Positions 1 through 9,917 are shown, counted from the first letter of the whole stretch. The stretch: 62,626 bases of DNA, filler included, from Mycoplasmatota bacterium (GCA_012727915.1; 7 parts of 7 records of this genome joined end to end with filler, not necessarily neighbours in it); one strand, 5' to 3'. A program made the numbers and translations. Notes: generated by a model from the sequence alone, not told the origin.

Positions 1-74
1 TCTAAAAGACCTAATTAATATATTGGGTTTTTTTATTAAAAAAAATGATATAATATAGAAAAGATGGTGATATT

Positions 75-1355
75 ATGAAATTTGTATCTATATTTCCTGT
101 TGATTCTTATGTAGTAATTAATAAATCTATATTAAATGATAGTGATAGAAAAATATTAAATATTCTTTATCAACCTATAGTTGGAGGAATTGCTATTAAT
201 TTGTATTTTTCTTTATGGGCAGATTTAAATAGGGGAGAAGTAGTAAGTAGTGAGTATACTCATCATCATTTAATGAGTTATACAAAACTTAGTTTAGATG
301 AAATAGTAAATTCTAGAAAAAAATTAGAGGCAATAGGTCTTATAAAAACTCATTATAAAGGTGGAGAATTAAATAATTATGTTTATGAGCTATATTCTCC
401 TTTAAGTGCATCAGAATTTTTTTCAAATCCAATTTTATCTTTTTCATTATTCTCATCTGTTGGCAAAAAAGAATACGATTCAATAATTAATTATTTTAAA
501 ATGCCTAAAATTAATTTTGAAGGTTTTGAAAATATAAGTACTAAATTTAGTGATATTTATAGAATGACAACAAAAGATATTGACGATGTTACTGTTAAAG
601 ATATTAAGAAAAAAGATAAGTTAGATATTATGGTTGATGATTTTGTCGATTTTTCTTTTATTGAAGCTTCATTATCTAAATCATTAGGTAATAACTTTTT
701 AACTGATAAATTAAAAAAATTGATTAATAAACTTGCGTATCTTTATAATTACGATAATATGATTATGTCTAATATAATATTAAATTCATTAAACGATAAA
801 GGAGAAATAAGCGAATCTGAATTAAAGAAGAATTCTAAGAATTATTATTTATTTGAAAATAAAGGTAAAACACCTAAATTAATATATTCTTCAAAAATAA
901 ATAAAGAGGAAAATAAACCGGAAAATACTAGAGAAGAATTAATTAGTTGTTTTGAAAATGCATCCCCATATGATTTTTTAAAAGCAAGATATAAGGGCGC
1001 AAAACCAACAAAAAGAGATACTACTCTTTTAGAAGGTTTATTAGTAGATCAAGAATTACAACCAGGTGTAATAAATGTATTAATAGATTATGTATTAAGA
1101 ACTAATGATAAAAAATTAAATAATAATTATGTTGAAGCTATTGCAAGTCAATGGAAAATGTTGGGTATTACTTCTGTTGAAGACGCTATGAAACAAGCTA
1201 AAAAGGAATTTAATAAAAAGAAAAAAGTAATTGAACCTACTGAAGGAAAAAAAGTAAATACTTTGCCTAATTGGTATGATAAAAAGATTGAAAGAAATGA
1301 TATGTCTATTGAAGAAGAAAAAGAATTAAAAGAAATGTTAAAGGAATTTGAATAG
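75..1355 (+). CDS. dnaB: Replication initiation/helicase loader DnaB (Bacillus-type, DnaD-domain)
   Basis: LYQPIVG...YVYELYSPLSASEFF N-terminus, C-terminal VINVLIDYVL...IASQW DnaD-like domain; directly upstream of dnaI. Confidence 0.9.
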   Translation: MKFVSIFPVDSYVVINKSILNDSDRKILNILYQPIVGGIAINLYFSLWADLNRGEVVSSEYTHHHLMSYTKLSLDEIVNSRKKLEAIGLIKTHYKGGELNNYVYELYSPLSASEFFSNPILSFSLFSSVGKKEYDSIINYFKMPKINFEGFENISTKFSDIYRMTTKDIDDVTVKDIKKKDKLDIMVDDFVDFSFIEASLSKSLGNNFLTDKLKKLINKLAYLYNYDNMIMSNIILNSLNDKGEISESELKKNSKNYYLFENKGKTPKLIYSSKINKEENKPENTREELISCFENASPYDFLKARYKGAKPTKRDTTLLEGLLVDQELQPGVINVLIDYVLRTNDKKLNNNYVEAIASQWKMLGITSVEDAMKQAKKEFNKKKKVIEPTEGKKVNTLPNWYDKKIERNDMSIEEEKELKEMLKEFE

Positions 1356-1363
1356 GAGGTATA

Positions 1364-2269
1364 ATGAAACAAATTAATGAAACAAAATTATTCGCAAAAG
1401 AAGACAAACTAAGATTAGAAACAGAATATAGAAAATCATTAAAAGAAAAAGATTTTGAAAATTATATATCTTCTATAAAATTACCTCACGATATATTAAT
1501 GAAATATACTTCAAGGATAGAGGAATGTGTTAAAGAATCTAATAATTGTAAAAATTGCAAAGGTTTAGAATTTTGTAAGAATGAAGTTAAAGGTTTTTTC
1601 TTAACAAATAAACAAGAAAAAGAAAAATTAGTTTTCTATTATAAAGCATGTAAATATAAAGAAAAAGAATTAAAAGAAAAGAATAATAATATTCATTTAT
1701 TTGATATACCTGAAGCTATAGCAAATGCTAAAATGAAGGATATTTATACATCTGATAAAAATAGAAAAGAAGTAATATTATGGTTACAAAATTTTGTTAA
1801 AACATATGATATTAAAAATCCTTCTAAAGGATTGTATTTACATGGAAATTTTGGTTGTGGTAAAACATACTTAATAGTAGCTGCCTTAAACGAATTATCT
1901 AAAAAAGATATAAAGAGTGCTGTTGTACATTTCCCCGAATTCTTAAGAGATTTAAAATCTTCATTTGAAGATGATTTTAAAGATAAGTTTAATTTGATTA
2001 AAAAGATTCCTATACTTTTAATAGACGATATAGGTGCTGAAAACGTTACGCCTTGGAGTAGAGATGAGGTTTTGGGATCAATACTTCAATTTAGAATGGA
2101 TTCTAAATTAACTACATTTTTTACCTCAAATTTAACAATAGAAGAATTAGAAATTCAATTATCAATGACTAGAGGAAGTGTTGATAAACTAAAAGCAAGA
2201 AGGTTAATAGAAAGAATAAAAACTTTAACATACGATATAGAAATGAATGCAGAAAATTTAAGAAAATAA
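1364..2269 (+). CDS. dnaI: Primosomal helicase loader ATPase DnaI
   Basis: Cys-rich Zn site (CKNCKGLEFC), Walker A GNFGCGKT, LLIDDIGAE, TFFTSN; RBS GGAGG. Confidence 0.93.
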   Translation: MKQINETKLFAKEDKLRLETEYRKSLKEKDFENYISSIKLPHDILMKYTSRIEECVKESNNCKNCKGLEFCKNEVKGFFLTNKQEKEKLVFYYKACKYKEKELKEKNNNIHLFDIPEAIANAKMKDIYTSDKNRKEVILWLQNFVKTYDIKNPSKGLYLHGNFGCGKTYLIVAALNELSKKDIKSAVVHFPEFLRDLKSSFEDDFKDKFNLIKKIPILLIDDIGAENVTPWSRDEVLGSILQFRMDSKLTTFFTSNLTIEELEIQLSMTRGSVDKLKARRLIERIKTLTYDIEMNAENLRK

Positions 2270-2302
2270 TATGCTATAATATTTTTATAAAAGAGGTGTT
2301 AT

Positions 2303-2743
2303 ATGTTTAATAAAAATGGTTATACTCTAGTTGAAGTTCTTGCTGTATTAATATTACTTGCAATAATATTTACTATAGCAGCTCCAAGAATGTTAGATTC
2401 AATAGATGAATCTAAAAAGTCTGCATTTAAGGTTTCTGCTAACACAATTATGGATCAATTGCAAAAAAGTTATGCAAAGGGCGAAATAGAAGTTCCTTCC
2501 AGTGGGAAATTATTTGTTATAGAAAACAATGCTTTTGTAGGTGATTCTATAAATGTAAGAGGAACGTTACCTGATTCTGGGAGCATTCATTTAAGTGAAA
2601 ATGGAGAAATAGCTTTTTCATTATATAAAGAAGATTATTGTGCAGTAAAAGATATTGGTCAAGATACAATAACGGTTAGTAATAATTTTGCTGCTTGTAT
2701 AATAAATATTCCACAACCAGTATCACAAGATTGTTTTTCAAGA
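2303..2743 (+). CDS. Type IV pilin-like (prepilin N-terminal methylation) protein, 3'-truncated by contig end
   Basis: G|YTLVEVLAVLILLAIIFTIAAP class III signal peptide. Confidence 0.8.
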
Positions 2744-2843
2744 NNNNNNNNNNNNNNNNNNNNNNNNNNNNNNNNNNNNNNNNNNNNTTAATTAATTAAN
2801 NNNNNNNNNNNNNNNNNNNNNNNNNNNNNNNNNNNNNNNNNNN
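2744..2843. other. Artificial contig linker (N-TTAATTAATTAA-N)
   Basis: 100-nt N run containing a six-frame stop; the same linker occurs six times. Confidence 0.98.
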
Positions 2844-2845
2844 CA

Positions 2846-5800
2846 AGCGATATAAAAAGTCAAAATCAATATTCATATAATATATGGATGGATAATATAA
2901 ATGAAATACCTACTGAAATAAATATGTTAACAGATAAAGATGGAGTGCCATGGATATTAAAAAATTATAAATCAATCGAAAAAAATAAATTAAATAATAC
3001 AAACATTTCATTTCAAAATTTAAAACCAGAACTTCAAACAAGAATAAGAGAATTAGAAATTAAGTTTTCATTTTTGAAAGATTTAAAACCCGAAGAAAAA
3101 AATGCTTTTTATGAAGAAGTAGCGTTAATGATGTGGTATGAATCACTATATATCGATTATGAAAAGAAGAGAAATGAAATATTAAAAGATTTAGAATATT
3201 TAAATAATGAAAAAAACAAAATAAAAGATAATATAGAATTTTCGATTGCAATATTAAATCCTTTTCTTTATACTAGGGAAGGACAATATGAAGAAGAAAA
3301 AAATATGCTTGAAACATTTACTGAAAAAGAATTTATTGATTACTATTTAACAAATAAAATAGATGATGATTTCAATGGTATGTCAGACCCATATGAATTG
3401 GATTTTAATATTCAACCTTACTTAATTGGAAAAGATTATTATGAATTAGAATCAAAAAAGAATGAAATTTTATCAAAACATTCAGAGTATGAATCTATTG
3501 AACAAATGGAAGAAATAGAAACAAAATATCAAATGTATAATGGAATAAAAGATGCCTTCGCTTATAATTATATCGAAAAAACAACAACTTATAAAGAATT
3601 TATGAATAATCTCGATTCTCATGGAGCGCTATCTTTAAATAATAAAGGATATGATTATAATTTATTAACACCAGAAGAAAAAGAAAGATATGATTTTTTA
3701 TATATTAATTATGGAACAAAAGAATCAGATGATTATTATAATATAGTTTTAGAACAACAATTAATAATGAGAAAAGGATATAAAGAAGGATATGATTTAC
3801 TTTCAAAACTTAAAGATAAAGTTTTTTTGTCTCAATGGATTATTACTGAATGGGAAGGAATTCAAGATGGTTTTGAACAAAGTATAGAAGGATTCAAAAA
3901 CATATTATTTCCAAGCGGAAAGCCAACATCTGACAGTTATAAAATGCAAGTAGTGGTTGCAGCATTAGAAAATGAAATTATTGATACATATTTTGATTCA
4001 GAAGAAGCAAAAGAAATTAAAGATAAATTATTAACTGGAGAATATACGCAAAACGATGTAATAAATGCTTTAAAGAAAAATGGAAAAAATTATAATGAAG
4101 TTTTAGATAGTTATTTTACTGCAAGTGGCTTAGATAATGTAAAAAATATGATTTTATCTAAATTGTATACAGGTTCTGTTTCAATTGGAAACATGGCACC
4201 ATCAATTGCATTATCTATAATTACTGGAAATCCAGTTATTGGTTCAATTGCCATGGGCTTATCATCAATGGGGAATGCTCAAAATGACGCTTTGATGAGT
4301 GGCGCAAGTAGATTATCAGCATTTATATATGGATCATTAATAGGGTCATCAGAAGCAGCTTTGGGATATTTTCTAGGAAAAACACCTTTTTTAAGTAAAA
4401 GTTCAGTAAATTTATTTAAAACAGCTGGTTTAGTAGCTACTTTAAAAGGAATGGTTTCAAATGCAAGTGGAGAATTAGTAGAAGAGGGAGCACAATTTAT
4501 ATTTGATAATTTGATATTTAGGCCATTATTATTAGGTCAACCAATAGATATAGAAGATTTGATAGGTGGTACAGCAGAGTCAGCTAGTATGGGCTTTTTT
4601 GTATCTTTACTTATGGGTTCTGGTCAAGTAGCTATAAGAATAGGAACGGATATAGTTAATTTATCTGCTGAACAAATAAAAACTGCATATGAAGCATATA
4701 GTATAAAAGATCCTGTTTTAAGAATGGAAAGACTAGAGGAAATATCGGGGCCACTTGGGATTGCCTTTAATTTGTTTGGTGAAAAAAATAATAATTATTC
4801 TCAACAAGTTGACTCTGAATTAATCTTTTCTGAAATTGGACTTCCAAAAGATAAAAAATCCAGGTTATCTATTTTACTTAAAAATACCTTTCAATCAGCT
4901 TTGTTGAAGCTTCAAAGAGTAATTAACAATTCTGAGGTGCATTCTGATTTGCATTCTGGTGAATCAATTGAAAATACTATTTATAAGAAATTAGATAATG
5001 TTTTAATACTAGAAGATGGACCAATAAAATCTAAAGAGATAAATTCTATAATAAATAATATATTAAGTATTGAAGACCCAAATATTAGAATTTCCATTCT
5101 AAATAACGTTTTTAATAACGATAAACAATATAGTATTATTGAATATAAATTAATCGCTTCAATATATGCTTTAGAGGATACAAATTTAAAAAACTCTATA
5201 TTAGATAGTTTTAATAATAATGTTATTGATATTAGTAATTATTATGGAGCTGGAGCGATATACATTTTATTAAATATTGGGAAACAATTTGGTGACATTA
5301 ATTTGGAAAATGTTGATTTTAGCAATCCTAATAATGATTTGTCAAAATTAGGAATTAATGCTCTTGAATTATTGTCTTGGGCTAATGAAAATAATAATAA
5401 ATTAATAATAAAATACGCAAATATAGGAGATCTAAAAGATTTATTGTTCTCGGGTTCAATTGACTTTGATGCATATGAAGAATATTATAAAGAAAGATTT
5501 AATATTATGCCAACAAACGAAATAGTATCCATTCTTTCATATAATGGAGATAATCCGAAAATCAAAAAAATGATTGCTGTGTTAATAAAATCGTGTTATC
5601 CAAATTTGCATAATTATTTTCCTGATTATACTATTTCGGGTCAAGCAACAACTAAGTCTAAAAGTCAAAATGTAAGTGTGTTTGAACTACTATCAATAGT
5701 TACAAATTTAGATTCATTCATAGCTTTTTTAAATGGTTCTTTAAAACTAAACAATCAAAATCAATACATATATTTAAATGCTTTAGAAAACTTATTAATG

Positions 5801-6475
5801 TTTATAAAGAATGATAATAATTCTATTGGATTGAATGAATATGAAATAAAAAGAATCGAATATTTGGTTAGAAATTATGATGAAGATATTAATGATATGG
5901 AGTATTTGGTACATCAAGCTCGTTTAGAATTAAAAAATAGAGGAGTAAATCAAATAGTAATAGAAGGATTAATAATTTCTAAACCAAAAAACTTTAATTT
6001 TAACTATCAAAATATTAGAGTAAAAGACTTAATAAAAATAATTAAAATTATGCCTCCAGAATTAGCTAAATCAATTAAAGGAATAAAATTATTCGATGTG
6101 GAAAACCCAGATGATTATTATTGGAAAATTGCATATAGTATTGATCATGTGAGCGCAGCATGTGGGGGAGATGGCTATATTTATATTTATTCTCCTTCAT
6201 CTTCAGAATGGAATTCCTCTTATCTTTCTGATATAATGTATCATGAAGCTGCTCATAATTTTGATAATCAAAATAAACGTAGAAAATATATGTATAGTGA
6301 AAGTAAAGAATGGATAGAAGCAATAGCTTTGGATAAAACTGCTCCTACAGAGTATGCAAAAACAAACAACGTAGAAGATTTTGCTGAATCAGTTGTTTTA
6401 TATTATAGTGATAGAGATAATTTTATTAAAAATTTTCCTCATAGAGCTGCTATATTAATGAAAATATTTAAATAA
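2846..6475 (+). CDS. Large polymorphic-toxin-like protein with C-terminal zinc metallopeptidase (HEXXH...E); 5'-truncated
   Basis: Frame is open from the contig edge; Gly/Ala-rich hydrophobic central region; C-terminal YHEAAHNFD...PTEYAKTNNVEDFAES...FPHRAAIL, resembling lethal-factor-like/Tox-MPTase zincins. Confidence 0.75.
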   Translation, partial: SDIKSQNQYSYNIWMDNINEIPTEINMLTDKDGVPWILKNYKSIEKNKLNNTNISFQNLKPELQTRIRELEIKFSFLKDLKPEEKNAFYEEVALMMWYESLYIDYEKKRNEILKDLEYLNNEKNKIKDNIEFSIAILNPFLYTREGQYEEEKNMLETFTEKEFIDYYLTNKIDDDFNGMSDPYELDFNIQPYLIGKDYYELESKKNEILSKHSEYESIEQMEEIETKYQMYNGIKDAFAYNYIEKTTTYKEFMNNLDSHGALSLNNKGYDYNLLTPEEKERYDFLYINYGTKESDDYYNIVLEQQLIMRKGYKEGYDLLSKLKDKVFLSQWIITEWEGIQDGFEQSIEGFKNILFPSGKPTSDSYKMQVVVAALENEIIDTYFDSEEAKEIKDKLLTGEYTQNDVINALKKNGKNYNEVLDSYFTASGLDNVKNMILSKLYTGSVSIGNMAPSIALSIITGNPVIGSIAMGLSSMGNAQNDALMSGASRLSAFIYGSLIGSSEAALGYFLGKTPFLSKSSVNLFKTAGLVATLKGMVSNASGELVEEGAQFIFDNLIFRPLLLGQPIDIEDLIGGTAESASMGFFVSLLMGSGQVAIRIGTDIVNLSAEQIKTAYEAYSIKDPVLRMERLEEISGPLGIAFNLFGEKNNNYSQQVDSELIFSEIGLPKDKKSRLSILLKNTFQSALLKLQRVINNSEVHSDLHSGESIENTIYKKLDNVLILEDGPIKSKEINSIINNILSIEDPNIRISILNNVFNNDKQYSIIEYKLIASIYALEDTNLKNSILDSFNNNVIDISNYYGAGAIYILLNIGKQFGDINLENVDFSNPNNDLSKLGINALELLSWANENNNKLIIKYANIGDLKDLLFSGSIDFDAYEEYYKERFNIMPTNEIVSILSYNGDNPKIKKMIAVLIKSCYPNLHNYFPDYTISGQATTKSKSQNVSVFELLSIVTNLDSFIAFLNGSLKLNNQNQYIYLNALENLLMFIKNDNNSIGLNEYEIKRIEYLVRNYDEDINDMEYLVHQARLELKNRGVNQIVIEGLIISKPKNFNFNYQNIRVKDLIKIIKIMPPELAKSIKGIKLFDVENPDDYYWKIAYSIDHVSAACGGDGYIYIYSPSSSEWNSSYLSDIMYHEAAHNFDNQNKRRKYMYSESKEWIEAIALDKTAPTEYAKTNNVEDFAESVVLYYSDRDNFIKNFPHRAAILMKIFK

Positions 6476-6485
6476 GGAGGAACAT

Positions 6486-6899
6486 ATGAAAGAAGAAGAG
6501 TTAATAAGAAACAATTATATGAAAACAACAAGTTTAAATGAAAATGGTTATTTTGAGACCCATTATTTTGATAATAGTTGGAATTATACTACTGAAGATA
6601 AATCTATTAATAAAATAATTAAATACTTCGATGAAAATGGAAATCAGATAGATGAAGACATTATTGATAACTGCGATATTAATAAATATAAAGAAAACAC
6701 AAATTTTGAAAGAATAAATAAAAAAACACCTTCTGGAGGAGATTATTCTGAAGCACATTTTTTTGATAATGATTGGAAATATACTACAAAAGATCAGGCG
6801 CAGAATATTGTTATAAGAGAGTGCAATAATGATGGTACTTTGCTTAGAGAAACTTACATGCATAAAAATAATACTGATGATACTCTTCAAAAAAAATAA
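6486..6899 (+). CDS. Putative immunity protein with an internal tandem duplication
   Basis: Follows the toxin stop with RBS AGGAGG; two similar halves (YFETHYFDNSWNYTTEDK...IIKYFDENG / YSEAHFFDNDWKYTTKDQ...VIRECNNDG). Confidence 0.6.
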   Translation: MKEEELIRNNYMKTTSLNENGYFETHYFDNSWNYTTEDKSINKIIKYFDENGNQIDEDIIDNCDINKYKENTNFERINKKTPSGGDYSEAHFFDNDWKYTTKDQAQNIVIRECNNDGTLLRETYMHKNNTDDTLQKK

Positions 6900-6916
6900 T
6901 ATATATATATTTTTTA

Positions 6917-6925
6917 TGTTATAAT
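6917..6925 (+). promoter_or_regulatory. Extended -10 sigmaA promoter for the T-box/hisS-aspS transcript
   Basis: TGTTATAAT immediately before the T-box stem I. Confidence 0.7.
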
Positions 6926-6928
6926 ACC

Positions 6929-7110
6929 TACATAAGATTAGTAGTAATTGTTTAATTTTTAGAGAGATGCGTTTGGTGAAAGCATTAATTATTAATTATG
7001 AATGACACTTATGTATAAAATTTATTATATTAAATTAAGAGCATTTGAAATAGGGTGGCACCGCGGGGTAACTCGTCCCTATATGATATGCTTTTTATTT
7101 TATAGGAGGT
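6929..7110 (+). promoter_or_regulatory. T-box riboswitch, Asp (GAC) specifier
   Basis: Stem I base TACATAAG/CTTATGTA, AGAGA and GGTGAAA motifs, GAA-T-GAC-A specifier loop (GAC at 7004-7006), T-box AATAGGGTGGCACCGCG...CGTCCC. Confidence 0.88.
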
Positions 7111-7113
7111 ACT

Positions 7114-8397
7114 ATGAAAGTAAAACCAAGAACATTATCAGGATATATGGAATTATTACCAAAAGATCAAATTAAATTTAATAATATGTTAGATATTATT
7201 AAAAGAAATTATGAATATTTTGGGTTTTTACCATTAGATACACCTATATTAGAAGCATCTGAAGTGTTGCTTGCTAAAGTTGGAGGGGAAACAGAAAAAC
7301 AAATATATAGAATAGATGATAAAGTAATGAGATTTGATTTAACTGTTCCTTTAGCAAAGTATGTAGTATTAAATTATGGTAATTTATCATTTCCTTTTAG
7401 AAGATATCAAATAGGTAAAGTATATAGAGGAGAAAGAGCCCAAAAGGGGCGCTTTAGAGAGTTTTATCAAGCGGATATAGATATAATAGGAGATAACGAA
7501 TTATCAATCTATAATGATGCTGAAATACCTTATATAATATATAAAATATTTAAAGAATTAAATATTGGAGAATTTAAAATAAAAATAAATAATAGAAAGT
7601 TATTAAATGGTTATTTTGAATATCTTGAAATAAATGATAAAGCTTCTAGTATTATGAATATAATAGATAAATTAAGAAAAATTGGAGCATCTGAAGTAAC
7701 TGAAGAGTTAATTAGTATAGGTATAAAAGAAGAAAAAGTAAAAAATATTATAGCATTCGTTACAATGAATGCCGATATTGAAGTATTAAAAAAATTTAAA
7801 TTAAATATTGATAACAAGAATTTTTCTGAAGGTGTAAATGAATTAGATCAAGTATTAAAGTATTCTAATAACTTGGGATTAGATAAAAAATATATTGAAA
7901 TAGATTTAACAATATCTAGAGGGCTAGATTATTATACTGGAACAGTATATGAGACATATTTAAATGATTATCCTAATATAGGTAGTATTTGTTCTGGTGG
8001 TAGGTATGATAATTTAGCAAGTTATTATACTGACAAAGTATTACCAGGAGTAGGGATTTCTATAGGAGTAACAAGATTATTTGATCAATTATTAGAACTA
8101 AATTTAATAAAAGATGAGGAAATTAATGTTTCAGATATACTAATTATACCTATGACAGAAAATTATGAATATATATCAAAGTGCTATAAAGAAGTTCAAA
8201 AAAATAAGAAGAAAACACAAATATTTTATGAAAAAAGAAGTATAAAAAGTATTATTAATTACGCATTGTCCTTAAATATAAAAAAAGTAATGTTTATTGG
8301 AGATGATGAAGTTAATAATAATACAGTTACTATTAAAGACTTAGATAAAGGTGAACAAAATACAATAAAAATAAATGAAATGAAGAGGTATTTATGA
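7114..8397 (+). CDS. hisS: Histidine--tRNA ligase
   Basis: MRFDLTVP, YRGERAQKGRFREFYQADIDI, RGLDYYTG, GGRYDNL. Confidence 0.96.
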   Translation: MKVKPRTLSGYMELLPKDQIKFNNMLDIIKRNYEYFGFLPLDTPILEASEVLLAKVGGETEKQIYRIDDKVMRFDLTVPLAKYVVLNYGNLSFPFRRYQIGKVYRGERAQKGRFREFYQADIDIIGDNELSIYNDAEIPYIIYKIFKELNIGEFKIKINNRKLLNGYFEYLEINDKASSIMNIIDKLRKIGASEVTEELISIGIKEEKVKNIIAFVTMNADIEVLKKFKLNIDNKNFSEGVNELDQVLKYSNNLGLDKKYIEIDLTISRGLDYYTGTVYETYLNDYPNIGSICSGGRYDNLASYYTDKVLPGVGISIGVTRLFDQLLELNLIKDEEINVSDILIIPMTENYEYISKCYKEVQKNKKKTQIFYEKRSIKSIINYALSLNIKKVMFIGDDEVNNNTVTIKDLDKGEQNTIKINEMKRYL

Positions 8398-9707
8398 ATA
8401 AAATATATATAAAAGATATTAAGAATTATTTTAATAAAGAAATTAATTTAGATGCATGGGTTGATAATATAAGAGATTTGCAATATGTACAATTTGTTAT
8501 TCTAAGAGATTCAACAGGTAAAGTTCAAATGACTATAGAAAAAAATGAAAATAATTTATATTTAAATAATTTAATTAGTTCATTATCACTAGAAAGTACT
8601 TTGTCAATTGATTGTAAAGTAATGGAAAATGAAAAAGTAAAATTAAATGGAGTGGAATTAATTCCTTCAAATATAGTAATTACATCTTTATCATTGCCAG
8701 AATTACCTATTGATATAAAAAATAAAGATAATGCTTTGAGAGAAACTAGATTAGATTATAGATTCTTAGACTTAAGAAGAGAAGATAATAATTTATTATT
8801 TAAATGTCAAACCTTTATAGAAGCAATGATGAGAGAATATTGGGTAAATAATGATTTTATTGAAATACATACTCCAAAAATTAGTGCATCTGCAGCAGAA
8901 TCTGGTGCCGAGATGTTTAAATTAGATTATTTTGGCCAAAAGGCTTGTTTATCTCAATCACCTCAATTTTATAAACAAATGACTATGGCATCAGGGTTTG
9001 AAAAAGTATTTGAAATAGGTCCTGTTTTTAGAGCGGAAAACTCTCATACAAGCTATCACGCTACAGAAATATTGATGATAGATTCTGAAATATCTTGGGT
9101 TAAGAGTGTAGATGATGTAATGGATATGGAAGAAGAATGGACTAGATATTATATGGCTAAATTAAAAGAAAAATATGGCGAAGAAATTAAAAAAGTATTT
9201 AATGTAGAAGTAACAGACGCAAAAAGTAAATTTCCAAGAATAAACTTTTATGATGCTAAAAAAATATTAAAAGAAGAATTTAATTATGTTGGAGTTGTTC
9301 CAGAAGATTTAGAAAGAAAAGAAGAAGAATTAATGTGTGAATATTCTAAGAAAAAATATAATAGTGAATTTATATTTATTACTAATTTCCCTTATTCTGC
9401 TAGAAGTTTTTATGTAATGAAAGATGAAAATGGAGTTACTCAAACATTTGATTTATTATTTAAAGGTGTTGAAATTACTAGTGGTGCTCAAAGAGAACAT
9501 AGATATAATAATTTAATTGATAACATTAAAGAAAAAAATATGAATCCAGAAGATTTAAGTTTTTATACAGAATTCTTTAAATATGGTTGTCCACCTCATG
9601 GAGGATTTGGATTTGGATTAGCAAGACTAATAATGAGAATATTTGAAATAGATAATATTAGAGAAGCGACTTTAATATATAGAGGTCCAACAAGATTAAA
9701 ACCATAA
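8394..9707 (+). CDS. aspS: Aspartate--tRNA ligase, short archaeal-like (probably non-discriminating) type
   Basis: 437 aa; RLDYRFLDLR, LSQSPQFYKQM, FRAENS, EITSGAQREH, YGCPPHGGFGFGLAR; too short for the bacterial GAD insertion. Confidence 0.88.
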   Translation: MNKIYIKDIKNYFNKEINLDAWVDNIRDLQYVQFVILRDSTGKVQMTIEKNENNLYLNNLISSLSLESTLSIDCKVMENEKVKLNGVELIPSNIVITSLSLPELPIDIKNKDNALRETRLDYRFLDLRREDNNLLFKCQTFIEAMMREYWVNNDFIEIHTPKISASAAESGAEMFKLDYFGQKACLSQSPQFYKQMTMASGFEKVFEIGPVFRAENSHTSYHATEILMIDSEISWVKSVDDVMDMEEEWTRYYMAKLKEKYGEEIKKVFNVEVTDAKSKFPRINFYDAKKILKEEFNYVGVVPEDLERKEEELMCEYSKKKYNSEFIFITNFPYSARSFYVMKDENGVTQTFDLLFKGVEITSGAQREHRYNNLIDNIKEKNMNPEDLSFYTEFFKYGCPPHGGFGFGLARLIMRIFEIDNIREATLIYRGPTRLKP

Positions 9708-9708
9708 T

Positions 9709-9734
9709 AAAACATGTAAACACATGTTTTTTTT
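9709..9734 (+). terminator. Intrinsic terminator after aspS
   Basis: AAAACATGT-aaac-ACATGTTTT followed by a T-run. Confidence 0.75.
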
Positions 9735-9815
9735 ATTGAATAAAATAATGTATAGTGTTACTATCAATATATATAATAGAGGATAGTATGAATGTAGAAA
9801 TTGATTTTTTTAATA

Positions 9816-9915
9816 NNNNNNNNNNNNNNNNNNNNNNNNNNNNNNNNNNNNNNNNNNNNTTAATTAATTAANNNNNNNNNNNNNNNNNNNNNNNNNNNNN
9901 NNNNNNNNNNNNNNN
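9816..9915. other. Artificial contig linker
   Basis: N-TTAATTAATTAA-N. Confidence 0.98.
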
Positions 9916-9917
9916 AT

